DNA from: a virus | Taxonomy: Duplodnaviria > Caudoviricetes | Virus record (IMG/VR): IMGVR_UViG_3300027753_000035 | Location: 1 to 41,107 of that record | Strand: one strand, 5' to 3' | DNA length: 41,107 bases | Shown: one piece after another, positions 36,314-41,107 of the stretch | How the letters are laid out: each line of letters opens with the position of its first letter | Position numbering within the stretch: the stretch's first letter is position 1 | Translations under genes and position numbers: made by a program | Notes under the pieces: model-generated | What the model saw: the letters and a program-made list of their open reading frames with translations, nothing else | Databases searched by the model: none | What the model was told of the DNA's origin: nothing

Positions 36314-36393
36314 CTTACGAAGTAAGATGTTGAGTTTGTTTGCGATAGCGATAGCTGAGCAAGACAAACGATAACATGGATCAACGAAGTTGA
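36314..36393. repeat. Cluster of three hairpins, the two outer ones with C-GAA-G triloops
   Basis: CTTAC-GAA-GTAAG (36314-36326) and TCAAC-GAA-GTTGA (36381-36393) flank a long interrupted stem (ATGTT/AACAT, GTTTGT/ACAAAC, TTGC/GCAA) capped by AGC-GATA-GCT. Confidence 0.75.
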
Positions 36394-36395
36394 GA

Positions 36396-36403
36396 CATAA
36401 ATA
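36396..36403 (+). promoter_or_regulatory. Late promoter motif CATAAATA
   Basis: Lies 27 nt before the ATG at 36431, followed by an AAGGA RBS. Confidence 0.7.
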
Positions 36404-36430
36404 CATTAAATAGGCATTTAAGGATTACTC

Positions 36431-37777
36431 ATGAAACAATCTGACTTTGTAAGTAGCAATGATCAAATTAAAACTACTAAACTAAGCAATCGAGATAACT
36501 TTGAAAATTTATACGTGGCAGAAGACGACACTCCTCCGTATTTAGGTTTTGGGCATGTTGACGACGACGAAGCTGATGAAAAAAAGTCAAAAAAGAAAAA
36601 GCCAAAAAAGAAAAACCCAAAAGCAGGTTCGACTACAGCTACTGCTCCAGCAGGTGAGCCAAAAGTACAGCCAACACCGAGTGGTAGAACAAAACCAACA
36701 ACACCGGCAGTAACAGTTGATACTGATCGTGGTCCTGCAAGGCCCAGCTTTGCTGCTCCGCCTAGTGACCGACTTAGCGTGCAGTCAGGTCAGAACGTAC
36801 CTCCTGGGCGTACTGCGCCGTCGCTCATAGGACCCGGAGGTTTAGATAGTGATAGACCAAGTAAGACGCCAGCCCGTCAATCTCAGGCAGCAATTGATTC
36901 AAGTAAGCTAACTGGCAAGCGACCAACAAGTATAGCTGGCAAGATAAACAGTCTGTTCGGCAGTAGACTCGCTGGTGGGATGATGACATGGCTCGGACCA
37001 GTACTTGTAGCAGGCAAAGGCGCAAAGTTTTTAGCAGACTGGTACTCTTACAATACAGGAGCAGCTCGTGTTACACAACTAGGCGATTACACAGCACCTT
37101 GTTTAGATTCAAACTACGATCCGTATAACGATCCATTTGTTGACATATACAGCGACGAAGCAGATACAACTTACCGTCTAGATTACTACGGTGGTGGCTT
37201 TAAAGATATCCTAAACAGTTACAACGTTGAAGCATTTACACCGAGAATGTCTAATCTAATTTACGGTGTAATACCTACACTACTAACTTCAGTAGCAACT
37301 GGCGCAGTGTTATTCCAAACTATTGGAAGAATTGCTTTTGCAGTGTCTGGCGCTACTGGTCCGGGCATTCTAATAGGTACAGCGGCTGCTATACTTAGCA
37401 TAGGTGCTGGCTGGATAGTTTCTTACTGGATTAACAAAATGTTAAAAAGTGTTGACAAATGGGGACCCGGTGCTGCTGATGTTGTAGCGCAGTTTGCTAT
37501 GGAACAGCTAACTACTAGTAGGAATCTTCAAAAGCTTTGTAGTGCTGACTTGTCCGAAGCAGCACAAGACGACGAAGACCAAGACCGTGATGAAGAGTCA
37601 ACTAGGAGTGCTGCTGTTGATACTTTTGCTATAATGGATCTAGCAGTAACAATTAAACAAGTGTTTAAAGAAATAGATCAAGAGCTTCAAGCTGAAGGCG
37701 ATCAAGAAAAGCTAGCAGAGTGGAGACGTACACTAAAGCAGGCTAAAGAAATGGCTAAAGATCAAATCAAAGGTTAA
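36431..37777 (+). CDS. Hypothetical late protein (448 aa) with Lys/Pro-rich N-terminus and Gly/Ala-rich hydrophobic helices; paralog of the next gene
   Basis: Has a late promoter and RBS. Contains hydrophobic stretches LIYGVIPTLLTSVATGAVLF and GILIGTAAAILSIGAGWIVSYWI, and aligns by eye with 37781-38758. Confidence 0.7.
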   Translation: MKQSDFVSSNDQIKTTKLSNRDNFENLYVAEDDTPPYLGFGHVDDDEADEKKSKKKKPKKKNPKAGSTTATAPAGEPKVQPTPSGRTKPTTPAVTVDTDRGPARPSFAAPPSDRLSVQSGQNVPPGRTAPSLIGPGGLDSDRPSKTPARQSQAAIDSSKLTGKRPTSIAGKINSLFGSRLAGGMMTWLGPVLVAGKGAKFLADWYSYNTGAARVTQLGDYTAPCLDSNYDPYNDPFVDIYSDEADTTYRLDYYGGGFKDILNSYNVEAFTPRMSNLIYGVIPTLLTSVATGAVLFQTIGRIAFAVSGATGPGILIGTAAAILSIGAGWIVSYWINKMLKSVDKWGPGAADVVAQFAMEQLTTSRNLQKLCSADLSEAAQDDEDQDRDEESTRSAAVDTFAIMDLAVTIKQVFKEIDQELQAEGDQEKLAEWRRTLKQAKEMAKDQIKG

Positions 37778-37780
37778 ACT

Positions 37781-38758
37781 ATGAGACTCAGAGAATTAAA
37801 CATTAGAGAAGACGACGTTGACGACAAACTAAAAGCAATGCTTGACAAGGAATCACAGCCTGCTAATGATCCAAAAAAGCCTTTAGTAAAGCCAAGTAAA
37901 ACTGATGCTAGTGAGTTAGGCAAAAAAGTAAAAAAACTTTCTAAACCTAATAAAGCTAAAAAAGTATCTGCTGTTATTAGGAAGATTCCGATTATCGGCG
38001 GCATGTTTAAAATAGGTATGTGGATCGGCGCAGCAGAGTTTGCTGGCTGGGCTACTGAATATTACAACTACATAACTGGGTTTTCTACTAGGTCAGACGG
38101 AGTGAAAAGTCCATGCGATCAAGGTTCAAGCTACATAGCAGCTGAAGACCCAGTGCTTGATCCTTTCCTTCGACGTCCAGACGGTGACAGTTTAGCTGCC
38201 GAGTTATCAAGAAGACTCTATGGATTCTTACCGGGAGTAGTTGGCGCTATTGCAACACGAATGACCGTAGCTCGAACTGTTGCTAATATGATTAGAATTA
38301 TATCACCAGCAGGCGGAGTTGCTGGTGTTCTTATTGCGATAGCTGCTGTCCTTGTTACCGGCGCTGGTGCTTATTTTGCTAACAAGCTAGCTCAGACATT
38401 ACCTGCTTGGGGTAAACCTTTTGCTGATTGGTTAACTAGCAAACTCATGCGAGGACTTGCTAGTCGCAGTGCTATTAACGTTATGTGCGGTGTTGATGCG
38501 CAGATGGATCGCTGGGAAGAAAAATTTACCGAAGACACACTCTTAGAAAATACTAACACGATTGAAGACAGTAAACGCATTGAACAAATGAGCAAAGTGT
38601 TCACAGGAATCATCAACGATGCTAAAAAAGATTTCAAAGCAACTGATCCAGCAGCATATCGAAAGCTTATGAAAATATTAAAGCGCTCTGCGAGGACTAA
38701 CGCAAAAGCAGAAGAAAAAATTAAACTTCAAGCAATACAGCAATCTAACGTTGTTTAG
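37781..38758 (+). CDS. Hypothetical late protein (325 aa) with Lys-rich N-terminus and Gly/Ala-rich hydrophobic helices; paralog of the previous gene
   Basis: Starts MRLRELNIREDD. Contains hydrophobic LYGFLPGVVGAIA and GGVAGVLIAIAAVLVTGAGAYFA, and shares the PC...DPF and W-G motifs with its neighbour. Confidence 0.7.
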   Translation: MRLRELNIREDDVDDKLKAMLDKESQPANDPKKPLVKPSKTDASELGKKVKKLSKPNKAKKVSAVIRKIPIIGGMFKIGMWIGAAEFAGWATEYYNYITGFSTRSDGVKSPCDQGSSYIAAEDPVLDPFLRRPDGDSLAAELSRRLYGFLPGVVGAIATRMTVARTVANMIRIISPAGGVAGVLIAIAAVLVTGAGAYFANKLAQTLPAWGKPFADWLTSKLMRGLASRSAINVMCGVDAQMDRWEEKFTEDTLLENTNTIEDSKRIEQMSKVFTGIINDAKKDFKATDPAAYRKLMKILKRSARTNAKAEEKIKLQAIQQSNVV

Positions 38759-38988
38759 AAGAAAGGCATTCCGCTTTCTTTAGTTGCTTCGAGATTTTCT
38801 TTAATAATATCTTGGAGTATATTAATATCTTCTCGGCCGAGCGTATACATAAGATCTTGGTATGACACAAACCCACGCATAAACCAACCTGTTTTATACA
38901 AATGATATTTTATTTCTTTAATTTGATTTTCAAATTTTTCAATTAACTCTTCGATCTCAGACTCCGAGAGAGTTATAATAGATTCCCG
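38755..38988 (-). CDS. -1 frame extension of the gp26-like chaperone (77 aa; gpT/gp51-like position)
   Basis: Not in the ORF track. The open frame RESIITLSESEIEELIEKFENQIKEIKYHLYKTGWFMRGFVSYQDLMYTLGREDINILQDIIKENLEATKESGMPFF* begins at the slippery site and exactly fills the gap to the convergent gene. An internal ATG at 38880 would give only 41 aa. Confidence 0.7.
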   Translation of the reverse strand, partial: RESIITLSESEIEELIEKFENQIKEIKYHLYKTGWFMRGFVSYQDLMYTLGREDINILQDIIKENLEATKESGMPFF

Positions 38989-39824
38989 AAAAAACTCGAA
39001 TAGTCACTGTTGTAGGTTACGCTGTACTTGTTAGTACAATTCTCACCTGACTCAAGTTCGCCTGCGCATTGTACCTGTAGTGAAGGGTATGAAATTATGT
39101 CTACAAACTTTGTTATCTCTGCTAAGAAAAGTTTTGATATTTCGCTATCGTTTTGATTAATAAAATCATTAATTTTTTTGTTATCGTATTCGGCGTCGCT
39201 GCCGTTAGCAACACTTACAATGTACTGTACTAGTGTTTTAGTTGTAAGGTTGACTACTTCTTGAGAAACTGTAGTTGCTTGTTTTACTTTTTCGTCTTGC
39301 GACATTTCAGCTGACTGTAATTGATACAAAGTTCGCTGTTTTTGATATAACTCTATCCCTAGTTGAGACATTTGTTTAAATGTAATCGGACGAAGCGTAA
39401 TTATTAAATCTTTATATGTAAACTCTGATTTGTGCGGTATTTGATCATAGTGACTTAGTACTGACTGTAATTCAATTTCGACTGTGTTTTCAGTACCGCA
39501 AACTGAACAAGTCGAAGACATATCAATTGTATTGCCTATAGAAGCTAATCGTATAGCGTTTAAAATATATTCTAAATCAGTTTTGATTAGTTTCCATGGA
39601 TCATTAATTAGCGGAATACAACTTTCTAAAATACTAGCAACTGCTTGCCCAGAAAACAAAGCATCGGGTGTTTTAGTAATAATCTCGTCAGCTGCGGTCA
39701 TAGCAAACACTGGTATTTGCACGAACTGATTATCTTCAAACACACCGTCGCTATAAAATTCACCACTCGAAGGTAGGTCAATAAAAAGCTTAGGTTGTCT
39801 TTTGTAGTTTTCTAAAAAGCTCAT
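38973..39824 (-). CDS. gp26: Baseplate hub/tail assembly chaperone, T4 gp26-like (283 aa)
   Basis: Motifs RQPKLFIDLPSSG, MTAADEIITKTPDAL, DLEYILNAIRLASIG, CSVC, ITLRPITF and a terminal SSFFG. It is divergent from the tape-measure-like gene. Confidence 0.8.
   Translation of the reverse strand: MSFLENYKRQPKLFIDLPSSGEFYSDGVFEDNQFVQIPVFAMTAADEIITKTPDALFSGQAVASILESCIPLINDPWKLIKTDLEYILNAIRLASIGNTIDMSSTCSVCGTENTVEIELQSVLSHYDQIPHKSEFTYKDLIITLRPITFKQMSQLGIELYQKQRTLYQLQSAEMSQDEKVKQATTVSQEVVNLTTKTLVQYIVSVANGSDAEYDNKKINDFINQNDSEISKLFLAEITKFVDIISYPSLQVQCAGELESGENCTNKYSVTYNSDYSSFFGNLL
38988..38994 (-). other. Slippery heptamer T TTT TTC (candidate -1 programmed ribosomal frameshift)
   Basis: In-frame X XXY YYZ pattern (AGT TTT TTC) four sense codons before the stop, followed by a TAACTCT/AGAGTTA stem (38944-38975). 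Confidence 0.7.
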
Positions 39825-39834
39825 AATTTATTCC

Positions 39835-39872
39835 ACTAAATAACTATAGCATATTTAGCCTCGATATTTAGG
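39835..39872. promoter_or_regulatory. Cluster of oppositely oriented late promoter motifs
   Basis: ACTAAATA on + (39835-39842), plus GCTAAATA (39852-39859) and CCTAAATA (39865-39872) on -, all in the 60-nt gap between the divergent genes. Confidence 0.6.
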
Positions 39873-39884
39873 TAGTTAAAAAAA

Positions 39885-41107
39885 ATGGTAGATACAGTTT
39901 CAGTAAGCCCAGCCGTCTTAGCAGAGGCAATAATCCAAGCGTTATCATCACAGAAAAGCGCTAATACCGACTACCTAGGTCAGTCAGCGCAGAACGCCGG
40001 TGATGCTCTTAATAATACCGCTGCTCAAGCTAGCGGACTAGGCGGGGTTATTCAAAAAGTTAACAGGTTAGCTTCTAAAGGTTTCACCGCAGCACAGAAC
40101 CGTTCTGGTGACATCGGAACTAATATGAATGTTGTCGGCATACCTCAAAATCTTCAAGTACCGATAACCGAAGCAGTTAAAAGTGCCGACGCCGCTGGCG
40201 CAATGGGACAAGCAGGCGTAATTCTTGATTCGCTTAAAAATGTTAGCGACATGGCTGCTTCTCTAAACTTAACACAAGATCAAATGACTCAGTTTGCTGA
40301 AGGCAGAATTGATCAGCTACGTGCCACCGGGCTTCTTGGCGACGAAGCTATGAATCAGCTATTAATGCTTAGAGAAAGCATTAATCGAGACACTGAGTTT
40401 AGTGTTGAACAATTTAAAGCTTTAGGCTTGTCAGTTAATGAAATTGTTGGCTACTCGTCGACCTTTGCTAGTTTGTACGGTCCTTCGATGCAGGGAAACG
40501 TTCAAGGAATGAACGACGCCCTTGAAGAAAATATTAGAAGACAAACTATACTTGCTCAAACTACAGGCATGAGTGTTAGTGAGCAAATTAAAGCAACTGA
40601 AGCAATCATGGAAACTCCAGGTGCGTTAGCTAGACAAATGGATCTAATTACTAACCCAAAAATGACTCAAGCACTTGTTGGGTTTAGTAACACTGTTGCT
40701 GCTATCGGAGCTAGTGGGTTAGCTGAAGGTTTTATTAGCGGAGTAGGATTACCGACACCAGGTAACGAAATTGAAGCAGCACTAAAACCAATGACTACTG
40801 CGTTGTTAGGTGAAATTAATGCCGCAACGGCTCGAGGCGACGACGCAGCAGTTAGAAGATTGTCTCAAGAATTGCAAGTAGTGTATGCTCAAGAGTCGCA
40901 AGGAGTAATGCAAGAGCTAGGAAGATTTGCTCCGTATTTAGGCGCAGAATTTGGGTTCTTACAAAGAGATCTTGATCAACAACGAGCAACAATGCTAGGA
41001 TTAGCCGCTGATCCAAATTTTGTCGGAGGCCAGCAAGCAGCAGCCCAACAACAAATTACTGTAAGACTCGGCGACACTGTATTAAATTCATTAGCTGTTC
41101 TTGAAAG
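39885..41107 (+). CDS. Probable tail tape-measure protein, 3' end outside the window
   Basis: Not in the ORF track. Open from ATG 39885 (MVDTVSVSPAVLAEAIIQALSSQK...) to the window end, at least 407 codons. It has Ala/Gln/Gly/Leu/Met-rich helical composition with an LAQTTGMSVSEQ motif and sits next to the tail chaperone. Confidence 0.7.
   Translation, partial: MVDTVSVSPAVLAEAIIQALSSQKSANTDYLGQSAQNAGDALNNTAAQASGLGGVIQKVNRLASKGFTAAQNRSGDIGTNMNVVGIPQNLQVPITEAVKSADAAGAMGQAGVILDSLKNVSDMAASLNLTQDQMTQFAEGRIDQLRATGLLGDEAMNQLLMLRESINRDTEFSVEQFKALGLSVNEIVGYSSTFASLYGPSMQGNVQGMNDALEENIRRQTILAQTTGMSVSEQIKATEAIMETPGALARQMDLITNPKMTQALVGFSNTVAAIGASGLAEGFISGVGLPTPGNEIEAALKPMTTALLGEINAATARGDDAAVRRLSQELQVVYAQESQGVMQELGRFAPYLGAEFGFLQRDLDQQRATMLGLAADPNFVGGQQAAAQQQITVRLGDTVLNSLAVLE

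Noticed and set aside
35879-36430. CRISPR-like or other repeat-spacer array in the long intergenic gap
   Set aside because: There are no regularly spaced direct repeats, only short recurring words (ACGT, ACAGAAA, ACGAAGT) and inverted repeats, and no cas-like gene in the window.
38759-38780. AAGAAAG/CTTTCTT inverted repeat at the convergent gene junction as an intrinsic terminator
   Set aside because: The stem is A/T-rich and weak, has no clear separate U-tract, and lies within the coding -1 extension. Support is insufficient.
38988-38994. Sequencing/assembly homopolymer error as the cause of the split gp26 frame
   Set aside because: It cannot be excluded without reads. However, the site is an exact in-frame X XXY YYZ heptamer in a gene class known for programmed frameshifts, and the zero frame ends naturally four sense codons later.
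1-41107. Stop-codon reassignment (alternative genetic code)
   Set aside because: Coding density is near complete under the standard code. TAA, TAG (35878, 38758) and TGA (6678, 32862, 33407) all end genes at sensible, often overlapping, boundaries.

Overview
The window is a segment of a large T4-related (jumbo-type) myovirus genome read in the standard genetic code. 1-30833 (minus strand) is a translationally coupled tail/baseplate cluster: tube initiator, LysM/gp53-like, hub, gp5-like spike, gp25, gp6-like wedge, a 5001-aa giant virion protein, tail fibres, and a compositionally mosaic carbohydrate-binding fibre that runs off the left end and is missing from the ORF track. 30939-35878 (plus strand) holds a gp55-like late sigma factor, gp47/gp46 (Mre11/Rad50-like) with an SDR gene wedged between them, a small basic protein and a stand-alone GIY-YIG nuclease. 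Next come a ~550-nt non-coding region with dense base-pairing potential, two paralogous hydrophobic late proteins, a gp26-like tail chaperone with an apparent -1 frameshift, and a probable tape-measure gene running off the right end. The best candidates for something undescribed are (i) the large, possibly pseudoknotted RNA plus a cluster of C-GAA-G hairpins directly behind the GIY-YIG gene, (ii) the tandem pair of putative head-packaged membrane-inserting proteins, (iii) the G/GT-type frameshift and (iv) late promoters overlapping the late sigma gene's own promoter and RBS. All calls come from reading motifs by eye; no database search or folding program was run.
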